Of a DNA stretch of 64,000 nucleotides, positions 54,185 through 64,000 are shown in pieces. Numbering within the stretch: the first letter of the stretch is position 1; every line of letters starts with the position of its first letter. This DNA comes from Patescibacteria group bacterium UBA1406 (GTDB lineage Bacteria; Patescibacteriota; Microgenomatia; UBA1406), in assembly GCA_002305675.1 (NCBI GenBank), contig DBQA01000007.1:174653-238652 (forward strand), read 5' to 3'. The translations under genes and the position numbers were made by a program. Under the pieces are notes generated by a model. The model saw only the letters and a list, made by a program, of their open reading frames with translations. It was not told where the DNA came from and did not search any database.

Positions 54185-54631
54185 TTATAATAATTTTTTT
54201 ATCTCCCTCTCGAAATCCTCGACGTCCACAAAGCGCCTGAACACGGACGCGAAGCGGATATAGGCGATCTTATTGATCTTTTTCAACCTCTTCGCGATCA
54301 GGTCCCCGATCTTCTGGCTTTCCACTTCCGTAGTCTCCTGCTTTTTAAGGTCTGCCTCAAGCTCGTCCAGGATGTTCTCTATCTCCTGGTTCGTGATCGT
54401 CGTCTTCTCGCACGACTTGATAATGCCGCTTTTGGCCTTGTTGCGGTCGTAGACCTCGCGGGTGCCGTCCCTTTTGATGACCACGACCGGCAGCCGATCC
54501 ACCCGCTCATAGGTGGTAAAGCGTTTCTTGCAGCTGAAGCACTCCCGCCGCCGTCTCAGGGAAAAGCCGTCCTCGGCCACCCTGGTCTCGACGACCTCGT
54601 TCTCCTGCTCGCCGCAGAAAGGACATTTCAT
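54185..54631 (-). CDS. nrdR: transcriptional repressor NrdR
   Basis: 148 aa with a zinc ribbon (MKCPFCG...CFSCKKRFTTYE) and an ATP-cone. Confidence 0.92.
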   Translation of the reverse strand: MKCPFCGEQENEVVETRVAEDGFSLRRRRECFSCKKRFTTYERVDRLPVVVIKRDGTREVYDRNKAKSGIIKSCEKTTITNQEIENILDELEADLKKQETTEVESQKIGDLIAKRLKKINKIAYIRFASVFRRFVDVEDFEREIKKLL

Positions 54632-54697
54632 TCTTTTTAATGGCGCAAAAGTTGTAATCGCTAGTATAGTGTTCCCTAGTAAGAGTAGTGTGAAAAA

Positions 54698-54747
54698 ACA
54701 CTATGACTAGTGCAAGTATAAGTTCTATCACACTAGCTAAATAGTGT
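54698..54747 (-). promoter_or_regulatory. NrdR-box-like palindromes upstream of nrdR-nrdJ
   Basis: ACACTATGACTAGTGC (54698-54713) and ACACTAGCTAAATAGTGT (54730-54747). Additional TAGTGT half-sites lie at 54667-72 and 54686-91. The recalled NrdR-box consensus is acaCwAtATaTwGtgt. Confidence 0.5.
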
Positions 54748-54775
54748 CAAGATGATTAATTGTACACAAAGTGTA

Positions 54776-56314
54776 TCAATCAGCACTAAAATACTCGGTC
54801 AAAATTTCTTTCGCGATGGGCGCCGCTTCGCCCGAACCCTCACCTCCGTTTTCCAAAAATACTGTTAAAACAATCTCCGGCTGGGCGACCGGGGCAAAGA
54901 CGGTAAACCATGCGTGGGGCGGGGCTTTGGTGTCTTGCGATTCCGCAGTGCCCGTTTTGCAGGCCACCTGCTCCTTTTTGCCCCTGATTTTGAAGTCAAA
55001 GAAAGGCCATCCTGTCCCTCCCTCCGCACAGGCTCGCACCATCCCGCTGGTCACCTGATCAAGATTCCTGCCGCCAAGTTTAAGGTCAGTGCAATGCCTC
55101 AAAACCCCTTTTTCGAAGCTCAGGGCACAGGAACGGCCGCGGTTCGCGAGCGCCGCCGTGGCCAGATGCAGTTGCACCGGGTTCAAAAGGATGAAACCCT
55201 GGCCGATGGACAGGTTGACCGTATCGCCCGTGTACCACCTCTCCCCGTAATTCTCTTCCTTCCACTCTTGGTCAGGCAGGATCCCCTGTGCCTGGGGCAG
55301 ATAGGGTTTCAGGCCGGTACTATCCAGACCGAAATACCGGAACCAGTATTTGAATTTGCTTACCGGCATCCTGGTCCCGATGTTGTAGAAGAAGATGTCG
55401 TTAGAGCGGGAGATGGCTTTGACCACGTCCACCTCGCCCTCCTTCTTACCGTACTGCAGGTAGTACCAGTTGCCGAACTCCACCCCGCCGAACTTGAAGA
55501 TGCCGGTGTCCTCAAAGGTGGTTTGGGGGCGGATGACGCCCTCCTCCAAAGCCGCCAGCGCAATGACGGGTTTCACTACCGAGCCGGGGGGGTACAGGCC
55601 CAGGGAAAGGCGGTCAAAAAGCGGTTTATAATCATCATTCAACAGCCGGGTAAACAGACCTTGTTCTTCCGTCAGCTTGTTGGTATCGAAACTCGGCGAG
55701 GAATAGAACAGGAGCACTTCCCCTGTCTTGGGGTCGGTGGCTATCGCTCCTCCGGGCCTTCCCTGAAAAGCCTCATGGGCCTTCCGCTGCAGGGCCAGGG
55801 AAATGCTCAGATCGACATTCCGCCCCTGCTCCGCCTCGCCTCTCACCAGTTCCCGCACCTTTTCCCCCATGGCATCCACCTCGTAAAGGATCTTCCCATA
55901 TCTGCCCCGCAGACTGCACTCAAAATACTTCTCGAGACCCGTTTTACCAACGAATTGTTGGGAAAGCGGTGGAGCCCCGCAGGAGTAATCTTTCAGGTTG
56001 ACCTCGTCGGGAAGCGCCATGTATCCCAGAAGATGGGCGGTCAGTTCAGGGTACAGATAGCTTCTTTTCAGAAGATACTTTTTGTCCTTCCGGTTGATCA
56101 CCAGGGGCTCTTTATACCGGTCATAAAATATTCCCCGGGGAGCGGGTAAAATCTCTTCCTGGGTCCGGTTGGCCTCGGACAGACGCTGGTAATACTTGTA
56201 GGCCAGAATATTCTTCTTGAATAGTTCCGTGATGAAAAAGGCAAAAGTAAGCAAAAACAGAAAATAGAACAGATATATTCTGGAACCCCCTGGTTGTTCC
56301 CCACGATTGTACAT
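54776..56314 (-). CDS. penicillin-binding protein 2 / FtsI-type peptidoglycan transpeptidase
   Basis: 512 aa with an N-terminal TM, PPGSVVKP (SxxK), SRSND (SxN) and KTGTAE. Confidence 0.88.
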   Translation of the reverse strand: MYNRGEQPGGSRIYLFYFLFLLTFAFFITELFKKNILAYKYYQRLSEANRTQEEILPAPRGIFYDRYKEPLVINRKDKKYLLKRSYLYPELTAHLLGYMALPDEVNLKDYSCGAPPLSQQFVGKTGLEKYFECSLRGRYGKILYEVDAMGEKVRELVRGEAEQGRNVDLSISLALQRKAHEAFQGRPGGAIATDPKTGEVLLFYSSPSFDTNKLTEEQGLFTRLLNDDYKPLFDRLSLGLYPPGSVVKPVIALAALEEGVIRPQTTFEDTGIFKFGGVEFGNWYYLQYGKKEGEVDVVKAISRSNDIFFYNIGTRMPVSKFKYWFRYFGLDSTGLKPYLPQAQGILPDQEWKEENYGERWYTGDTVNLSIGQGFILLNPVQLHLATAALANRGRSCALSFEKGVLRHCTDLKLGGRNLDQVTSGMVRACAEGGTGWPFFDFKIRGKKEQVACKTGTAESQDTKAPPHAWFTVFAPVAQPEIVLTVFLENGGEGSGEAAPIAKEILTEYFSAD

Positions 56315-56359
56315 AGAATAGAATTCCTTCTAGGGGTATATTTTACTCAAAATTCTGCC

Positions 56360-57229
56360 TTAAAGTTCGTCCAGTTTGTACTGGGAAGGGGTCGCCTCCT
56401 GCTCGACCAGATCCAGGAACTGTTCCGTGGAAGACAGCCGCTTATGGCCGACGATCTTGGACACGTAGGCCAAAGGGACGCCGGCGGACAGTTGGTGGGC
56501 AATGAAGGTATTCCTCAGGTCGTTGACCTTGGCATTCTCTATGCCCACTTCCCGGAAGCACCTGTCCACAATGTTCCTGATATTCCTGATAAGCAGGGGT
56601 TTCTGGTTCTTGGTGACAAAGACGTGATCACTGTCGCTTTTGGGACGGACGGCCAGATAATCGTTCAGGGCCTTTTTGGCCAGTTTGTTGAGGGGAATCC
56701 TTCTTTCCCGGTTCTTGCCGTAGGTGCTGATCACCAGTTCATCCTCCTGGATATCGGACAGTTTGAGGTTGGCAAGCTCCCCGATCCTGATCCCGGTCTG
56801 CAGGAAAAGCTCGATGATGGCATAAGTTCTCTTGTCCTGCCGGGCAAAGTCCCGCAAGGCCCGGTACTCAAGCTTGGACAGCACTCGCGGCTTGTTGTTC
56901 TCGAACCTCGGGTGCGGCACGTCCAGGGCCGGATTGATGGTCACGATCCCCTCTTCCTTGAGGAAGCGGTAAAAGGTCCTGATGGAGTTCAGTTTCCGGG
57001 AAGCGGATTTCTTGGTGTAGTTATTCTGCAAAAGCTCACCCATGAACTCCTGGATGATCTCCTTCTTCACTTCAGAAATGGACTGCACCTGCTTTTTGGC
57101 CAAAAATCCCAGGAACTGCTCAATATCCTTTTTATAAGCAATAACGGTATACTGGGATTTGCCTTTGTCCCTTAAGTGTGCTATAAATTTGTCGAGATAC
57201 TCGCTGAAAACAATATTGTCAGACTGCAT
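56360..57229 (-). CDS. XerC/XerD-like tyrosine-recombinase-family protein (nucleophile position is Phe)
   Basis: ORF 56360..57265. The probable start is MQSDN at 57229. It has an N-terminal SAM-like domain, Arg I (GIRIGEL), DLRNTF (Arg II), and VGHKRLSSTEQF, where F283 (ttc, 56417-56419) aligns with the catalytic Tyr. Confidence 0.75.
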   Translation of the reverse strand: MQSDNIVFSEYLDKFIAHLRDKGKSQYTVIAYKKDIEQFLGFLAKKQVQSISEVKKEIIQEFMGELLQNNYTKKSASRKLNSIRTFYRFLKEEGIVTINPALDVPHPRFENNKPRVLSKLEYRALRDFARQDKRTYAIIELFLQTGIRIGELANLKLSDIQEDELVISTYGKNRERRIPLNKLAKKALNDYLAVRPKSDSDHVFVTKNQKPLLIRNIRNIVDRCFREVGIENAKVNDLRNTFIAHQLSAGVPLAYVSKIVGHKRLSSTEQFLDLVEQEATPSQYKLDEL

Positions 57230-57613
57230 ATGTCCTATAATATCAGATATAAAAGCAAAAATCAAGACAATTCACGTCTGACCGTCTATTTTATTCTCGG
57301 TTTTTTCATCGTCGCCCTTTTCATTAATCTGGTGAAAATGGTCAAGCAGTATGTCGACCGGCGCGCCATCCTGCGCCAGGAGGAACAGGAACTGGCCACT
57401 ATAAAGCGCCAGAACAGTAATCTGAGATACGAACTCAAGCGGAGCGGCACCGAGGAATATATTGAGGAAAAGGCCCGGGAGCTGACCCTGTCGAAGGAGG
57501 GAGAGTACGTGATCATTGCCGGCGAGCCGTCACCGCCGCCAAAACCCCGAAAAAGAGAAGTACCCCATATTCCGAATTATAAGTTATGGTGGCTGCTTTT
57601 TTTCCAGCCATGA
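57230..57613 (+). CDS. septum formation initiator (FtsB/DivIC-like) protein
   Basis: It has one TM (VYFILGFFIVALFINLV), then a coiled coil (RRAILRQEEQELATIKRQNSNLRYEL) and EEYIEEKARELTLSKEGEYVI. The start is uncertain. Its stop overlaps the next ATG (ATGA). Confidence 0.55.
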   Translation: MSYNIRYKSKNQDNSRLTVYFILGFFIVALFINLVKMVKQYVDRRAILRQEEQELATIKRQNSNLRYELKRSGTEEYIEEKARELTLSKEGEYVIIAGEPSPPPKPRKREVPHIPNYKLWWLLFFQP

Positions 57614-58101
57614 AAGTGACCACTAAAAAGGGCGATAACGGCAATACCACGCTCTTCGGCGGCCGGAAGGTCCCCAAGGACCACCCCCTCATAGAGCTTC
57701 TCGGACTGATGGACGAGGTCCAGTCTGTCCTCGGCCTGGTCAAAACCAGGATCAATATGGGTTCGCCCTTTATTAAAGAGCTTCAGAAAGAGCTTTACGC
57801 CATCATGGCGGACGTGGCCGGAGCAAAAAAAACTAACCCCAAAGAGCTGGACCGTTGGCTAAGGAAACTGGAGCGTGAAGAAGAAAGGCTTTTGGAAGAG
57901 TCCAAAATCGGCAACAAATTCGTCATCCCCGGGGACAGCGAGGCGGAGGCCTGGTGCCAGTTCGCCAGAAGCCGCGTCCGCACCTGCGAGCGCCGGCTTA
58001 TTGGGGCGGCCCGGACAAACCCCGATCTGAGCAGGTTTATCCCCTACCTCAACCGCCTCTCCGACTACTTTTTCATCCTGGGCAGAAGCCTATTGGTATA
58101 A
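57610..58101 (+). CDS. PduO-type ATP:cob(I)alamin adenosyltransferase
   Basis: ORF 57586..58101. ATG at 57610 gives MKVTTKKGDNGNTTLFGGRKVPKDHPLIELLGLMDE..., the typical PduO/MMAB N-terminus. Confidence 0.85.
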   Translation: MKVTTKKGDNGNTTLFGGRKVPKDHPLIELLGLMDEVQSVLGLVKTRINMGSPFIKELQKELYAIMADVAGAKKTNPKELDRWLRKLEREEERLLEESKIGNKFVIPGDSEAEAWCQFARSRVRTCERRLIGAARTNPDLSRFIPYLNRLSDYFFILGRSLLV

Positions 58102-58109
58102 TATAGCCA

Positions 58110-58541
58110 ATGAAACAGGAGGTTTCCGCCGGCGGGATCGTGTATAAAATAGTGGACGGGAAGTTGGAGTGGCTGATCACCCAGCATTCGGGTGGCAAGC
58201 ACTGGAGCTTTCCCAAAGGCCTTGTCGGCGACTACAACCCCGGGGAGCCCCTGGAGGAGGCGGCTTTGCGGGAGGTGGAGGAAGAGGGCGGCGTCAAGGC
58301 CAAGATAGTGAAGAAGATCGATGCGCCCTCCCAGTATTTCTATACCTTTAAAGGGCAGAAGATCTTTAAAACGGTCTGGTTCTTCCTGATGGAATACGTG
58401 TCAGGCTCGCCCGAGGATCATGATTGGGAGGTGTCGGAGGCCAGGTTCGCCCCGGCCGAAGAGGTGCTTTTGACGCTGACCTTCGAAAACGACAAGAAGA
58501 TCTTCAAAAGGGCCCTGGAAATGGCAGAATCGCTCTCTTAG
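58110..58541 (+). CDS. NUDIX hydrolase
   Basis: 143 aa with a Nudix box (GKHWSFPKGLVGDYNPGEPLEEAALREVEEEGGV). Confidence 0.85.
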   Translation: MKQEVSAGGIVYKIVDGKLEWLITQHSGGKHWSFPKGLVGDYNPGEPLEEAALREVEEEGGVKAKIVKKIDAPSQYFYTFKGQKIFKTVWFFLMEYVSGSPEDHDWEVSEARFAPAEEVLLTLTFENDKKIFKRALEMAESLS

Positions 58542-58607
58542 TTCAACGGACAGAACGGCGGTTTCCGGAACCGCAGATAGGCGTTCGATTCGCCTAGAGA
58601 GCACCCC

Positions 58608-58679
58608 GCTCCTGTAGCTCAGTGGTAGAGCACCATTCTTATAAAATGGGGGTCCCTGGTCCGATCCCAGGCAGGAGCA
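58608..58679 (+). tRNA. tRNA-Ile (anticodon UAU)
   Basis: Acceptor GCTCCTG/CAGGAGC, D arm gctc-agtggta-gagc, anticodon arm ccatt-ctTATaa-aatgg, T arm cctgg-tccgatc-ccagg, discriminator A. The T loop has C where U55 is expected. Confidence 0.75.
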
Positions 58680-58749
58680 CACCGCCCTTATTTGACAAGC
58701 TCCTCCCCTTCTGCTATGCTTCTCTTGCTCTTTGGGAGAATTGGCAGTC

Positions 58750-58900
58750 TAAAAGCGTGTGGCCCGCCACATAGGCGGGAGACGAGGAGAGGGACATTCG
58801 GATAATCTGCGGGTACCCTCAGGCCCAGTGTCGGTCTTGATGTTTTCTTTAAAACTTCGGAGCAATCCGGAGGCCAAGGGGAAAACAGGACACCGATTCT
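58750..58900 (+). ncRNA. glmS-ribozyme: glmS ribozyme/riboswitch
   Basis: It lies in the 5' leader of glmS. It has aaaa|GCG (the expected A|G cleavage context at 58754/58755), a P1 hairpin (ggcccgcc...ggcggg), the conserved GACGAGG (58781-58787), and GAGGG...CTGCGGGTACCCTC pairing. Confidence 0.7.
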
Positions 58901-58946
58901 TTTTATATATATTCCAAAGAGCGATATAACAGTTTAAACGCTCTTT

Positions 58947-60699
<1,753 letters not shown>

Positions 60700-60713
<14 letters not shown>

Positions 60714-60936
60714 GGTGGCCGTTGACCCGAGTCAGTTCGCAGACCGGGGTTTTGAGGGTCCGGGAGATTTTGCAGAGCACTTTCAGGGACGGATTGGCCC
60801 GACCCTTCTCGATCTTACCGACATAGGTGCGATCGATGACCGAGAGATAGGCCAGCCGCTCTTGCGAAATGCGAGCTTTTCTCCTGGCCTTGATGATGTT
60901 TTCCCCCACGATACAATAGAAGCTTCGGCGGGACAT
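60700..60936 (-). CDS. XRE-family helix-turn-helix transcriptional regulator
   Basis: 78 aa. IIKARRKARISQERLAYLSVIDRTYVGKIEKGRANPSLKVLCKISRTL is a typical HTH_3 pattern. Confidence 0.8.
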
Positions 60937-60999
60937 TAAAATTATTAAACAACAGCAGGATATTTATTCAACCGACTATAATCCACATTTTGCCGGTCT

Positions 61000-61344
61000 C
61001 TAACTTCTATAATAATATAAGGATATTCTTAAATCTACTTTTTTTGTATGGAAGACTACCCCTTCCTGCCTGAGTTTGGCCGCCTGTTTTTCCGGACCGC
61101 CGTAGGCATATCCAGTGGCCAGGCTACCGTCCGCTCTGACCACCCGGTGGCACGGATACTGGTCCGGCCGTTCGTTGCGATGGAGGATGTTACCCACCAC
61201 CCGCGGGCTTTTTAGGCCTGCCGCTTTCGCCACCTGGGCATAGGTCATCACCTTGCCTTCCGGGATCTGACTGATGACCTGGAAGACTCTCTCTTTGTTG
61301 TTCACCCCGATATTATACCTATTTGCCCCATAAATTTGATACAA
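61000..61344 (-). CDS. ogt: methylated-DNA--protein-cysteine methyltransferase (single-domain MGMT/Ogt)
   Basis: 114 aa. It has IPEGKVMTYAQVA and the active site PCHRVV. Confidence 0.85.
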   Translation of the reverse strand: MYQIYGANRYNIGVNNKERVFQVISQIPEGKVMTYAQVAKAAGLKSPRVVGNILHRNERPDQYPCHRVVRADGSLATGYAYGGPEKQAAKLRQEGVVFHTKKVDLRISLYYYRS

Positions 61345-61367
61345 TAGCAGATATCCTTTTGTATATA

Positions 61368-61443
61368 GCCGAGGTAGCCAAGGTGGTCACGGCGCGGGTC
61401 TGAAAAACCTGAGATGTCAGTTCGACTCTGACCCTCGGCACCA
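61368..61443 (+). tRNA. tRNA-Phe (anticodon GAA), CCA encoded
   Basis: Acceptor GCCGAGG/CCTCGGC, anticodon arm cgggt-ctGAAaa-acctg, T arm gtcag-ttcgact-ctgac, then A-CCA. Confidence 0.88.
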
Positions 61444-61470
61444 CTCCCAAAAATACCTTATGATAGATAT

Positions 61471-63831
61471 ATGTCTGTCAACTGGCAAAAGCTCCTGGGT
61501 GTGGGGGCGGTCTTGGTCATCTGTCTTCTCCTCGTCCGGCAAACGTTGCCGGCGGCGGCCCAAAGCGTCAGAAGGGTGGACACCTACAACCGCGTTCCTG
61601 CCTCGGCCTCCGATTTTCAGGTGGAAATGACCTCCCTGACCGAAGGCGACAGTTTTGCCCAGTATTCGGAGCTCGAATACCGGATCACCTATGGGTCTAG
61701 CCTTAACTATGCCAACTCACTCGTCCTGACGGCCGAGTGGAGCGAAGGCACCATAGATGGAGAAAGTTACCCCTCTCTGGACATTCTGGAATACGTCCTC
61801 GGCAGTGCCGGCAAAGCCTACCACAATACCCCGGCCGTCATCGATACCCTGAACAGGCGGATCACCTGGACCATTGCGAGCTTTCCGGCCCAAACCGACG
61901 GGCAGTCGGTCAGTTTCAAGCTGAGGGTCAAAGATACATATTCCGGCAGCCGGAGCGTGGCGTTCACGGTCTCGGCCCGTTTAAGCGACCAAGATACGGT
62001 AACACCGCCAGAGACAGTCACCCAGAGCTATGTTTACGACCCCTCCCTCGCCCCCACGCCCACCCCCATTCCCACTGCCACTCCTTCCCCGTCCCCCACT
62101 CCCACCGGGGCTGCATCCACTCCCGGTCCCACCGCCACCCCCACCCCTGAGCCCATGGAGTTCGCCTTCAGCCGGATATATTTGAGAACGGTGACCGAAT
62201 CGGGGGTTAAGATCCTGGTCACAACCAATCGGAATGCCCTGTTCACACTTTCATACGGTACCTCTCACCTTTCAATGGACCGGGCCATTAAAAACTCTTC
62301 CCTCTCCTCCGAACATGAGTTCGTCCTCAGCGGCCTCACTCCCCAAACCACTTATTTCTTCCGGGTAGCGGCCGCCGACGGCATAGGAGAAAGCCTTATC
62401 TCTGATATCTACACCTTCAGGACAGCGGCCGTCTCCAAGTTACCGCAGATAGATACCGAATCCCTGGTTTTCTCTTCCGGCGGCCTGGTCATGCCCATGC
62501 CTAAGGAACCGGCCACCCGTCCGCTTTTGGTCATTCCCAACGACACCGAGTATAGCTTTCAGTTCTCTTTTGCCAAAGAGGCTCCGGATATTGAGAGGGT
62601 GCAGGTCGTGGTCAGGAAAAAGGACGTCCTGGGGATAACCAACGAGAGCCGGTTCGAGCCGGGAGTGGAGACCTCCTACCTTTTCCGGGACAGGTTCGGT
62701 AACTACCACGGCCGGCTCAAGTCGCCGCCTGCCCCCGGCCGCTACGAGGTATTCGTCCGTTTCCGCGACCGTGGCGGCAATGTCGCCGAAACCAAGATCG
62801 CCGAACTGAGGGTAACGGATTTTTTCAAGGTCATCCGCACAAACGGCTCACCCATGGAAAAGGTACGGATATTTCTCTATTACTTCGAGGAGAATCTCGG
62901 AAAATATCTTCCCCTGCCGTCCCAGATATTCACCCTGCCGAACCCGGCCTATACCGACAACCTGGGAAGGCTCCCCATTGTCCTGACCCCGGGAAGGTAT
63001 AAGGCCAATGTGGCCGTACCCGGGTTCAAGCCCAAGACGGTCACCTTCACCATCGGTTCCTATCCCGGGGAGGAGTATCCGACGGTCATCCTGTCGCCGG
63101 AATCGTTCAGCCTGATCTCGTTCGGCCAATATCAGTATAGCGTCGCCCGCGATCTGGCCGCCGAGACGGTCTCTTTTCTGGCTCTTCTCTCACATTCTAC
63201 CCGCGCGTTCCACTTCGTGATGTTTTTCACGATGACCGGCCTCATCCTGGTCACTTTCCTCTCCTACGCCTCACGCACCCGCCTGCCCCTGGGTTCGCTG
63301 GTCAAAAATTTCCTGCATCACCGGCAGTTGGCCAAGGCCGCCATGGCGGACAAGCATACCATCAAAGGCTACCTGTTTGACGAGGAAACCCGCCAACCCC
63401 TGGCCGGCGCCGACCTGTATCTGATCGATAACCATGACGCCAGAGTTTTTTACCACGCGGGAACGGACGGAAAAGGCCACTTTCTGCTGAAGAGCCTGCC
63501 CGGCCGTCACTTCGAGCTCGAGATCATGAAAAAAGGATATGAAAAAAGCGTATTTATGGAAACTAGGCTTTTCCCCGCCAAGGAGGAGATGCTTTCTCTC
63601 GGCCTAAGAAGGCATGAACGGCCCGTCAACCTATCCGAAGAGCTGTCCTCCCTGGGCCGGGGGATTTTGGCCATAGGTTTCGAGTCCCTGCTTCTGGGCT
63701 CCTTGGCGCTCGAGCTCTTTTTCATCATCGTCATGAAATGGCTGACGGTGATTCCTTTCCTGGCTCTGACTCTCCTGAACCTGGTCATGTGGCTAAACCA
63801 CCTCAATGAACTTCGCAGGCGTTACCGGTAG
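61471..63831 (+). CDS. large surface protein with Ig/FN3-like and carboxypeptidase-regulatory-like repeats and C-terminal TM helices
   Basis: 786 aa with a signal peptide and a Pro/Thr linker (PTPTPIPTATPSPSPTPTG). It has PGRYKANVAVPGFKPKTVTF and GYLFDEETRQPLAGADLYL...PGRHFELEIMKKGYEK (CarboxypepD_reg-like), plus three or more C-terminal TM segments. Confidence 0.65.
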   Translation: MSVNWQKLLGVGAVLVICLLLVRQTLPAAAQSVRRVDTYNRVPASASDFQVEMTSLTEGDSFAQYSELEYRITYGSSLNYANSLVLTAEWSEGTIDGESYPSLDILEYVLGSAGKAYHNTPAVIDTLNRRITWTIASFPAQTDGQSVSFKLRVKDTYSGSRSVAFTVSARLSDQDTVTPPETVTQSYVYDPSLAPTPTPIPTATPSPSPTPTGAASTPGPTATPTPEPMEFAFSRIYLRTVTESGVKILVTTNRNALFTLSYGTSHLSMDRAIKNSSLSSEHEFVLSGLTPQTTYFFRVAAADGIGESLISDIYTFRTAAVSKLPQIDTESLVFSSGGLVMPMPKEPATRPLLVIPNDTEYSFQFSFAKEAPDIERVQVVVRKKDVLGITNESRFEPGVETSYLFRDRFGNYHGRLKSPPAPGRYEVFVRFRDRGGNVAETKIAELRVTDFFKVIRTNGSPMEKVRIFLYYFEENLGKYLPLPSQIFTLPNPAYTDNLGRLPIVLTPGRYKANVAVPGFKPKTVTFTIGSYPGEEYPTVILSPESFSLISFGQYQYSVARDLAAETVSFLALLSHSTRAFHFVMFFTMTGLILVTFLSYASRTRLPLGSLVKNFLHHRQLAKAAMADKHTIKGYLFDEETRQPLAGADLYLIDNHDARVFYHAGTDGKGHFLLKSLPGRHFELEIMKKGYEKSVFMETRLFPAKEEMLSLGLRRHERPVNLSEELSSLGRGILAIGFESLLLGSLALELFFIIVMKWLTVIPFLALTLLNLVMWLNHLNELRRRYR

Positions 63832-63870
63832 ATAAAAAGGGTCGATATTTGATATACTTTCCCTATTCTC

Positions 63871-63946
<76 letters not shown>

Positions 63947-63960
63947 ATTATAAAAATAAA

Positions 63961-64000
63961 ATGGCAAAAGAGCAAAAAACCAAGAAACTTTATCGCTCCA
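63961..64000 (+). CDS. start of an unidentified CDS (runs off the right edge)
   Basis: ATG at 63961 gives MAKEQKTKKLYRS.... It is too short to identify. Confidence 0.3.
   Translation, partial: MAKEQKTKKLYRS

Noticed and set aside
57227-57232. Back-to-back divergent start codons (CATATG) of the Xer-like and FtsB-like genes
   Set aside because: This leaves no room for promoters, so at least one start is probably mis-assigned. It is an annotation uncertainty rather than a biological feature.

Overview
This is a GC-rich bacterial chromosome segment; sampled 60-nt lines carry 35-39 G+C. The gene content looks like a reduced-genome Patescibacteria/CPR-type organism, which is an inference from the following. 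Housekeeping genes: nusA-infB, glyQS, recO, hisS, a DEAD-box helicase, an ATP-dependent DNA ligase, nrdR-nrdJ with a PduO adenosyltransferase, a PBP2-type transpeptidase, and glmS preceded by a glmS ribozyme. Envelope genes: GT2, GT-C, sugar transferase, DUF4012 and pilin-like proteins. There are seven tRNAs: Ser-GCU, Cys-GCA, Ser-UGA, Tyr-GUA, Ile-UAU, Phe-GAA and Gly-GCC. I saw no rRNA, no CRISPR array and no transposase.

The main anomaly is an AT-rich island of about 8.3 kb (about 12840-21130; one sampled line has 14 G+C of 60). All of its genes lie on the minus strand in one tightly packed array: a small TM ORF, hsdR, a fused hsdM-hsdS, a TIR-like / 3-TM / HEPN-like trio with overlapping or abutting codons, and finally a Cas4-like nuclease overlapping a mini PD-(D/E)xK nuclease. 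I consider the TIR/3TM/HEPN trio, and the nuclease pair behind it, the best candidate for an undescribed anti-phage module riding on a Type I R-M system.

Other points worth a second look:
- A four-helix-bundle (23S-IVS-protein-like) cassette and an internally deleted copy of it bracket an orphan MoaA-like radical SAM gene.
- A tRNA-Ile carries a UAU anticodon.
- A trehalose-6-P synthase is fused to a TM-sensor-HAMP input.
- A Xer-like recombinase has Phe where the nucleophilic Tyr should be.
- A secreted-protein gene is interrupted by an in-frame TGA.
- An orphan consensus promoter runs straight into a terminator hairpin.
- Identical 21-nt hairpin repeats bracket a methyltransferase gene.

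All functional calls come from motif recognition by eye; no searches were run.
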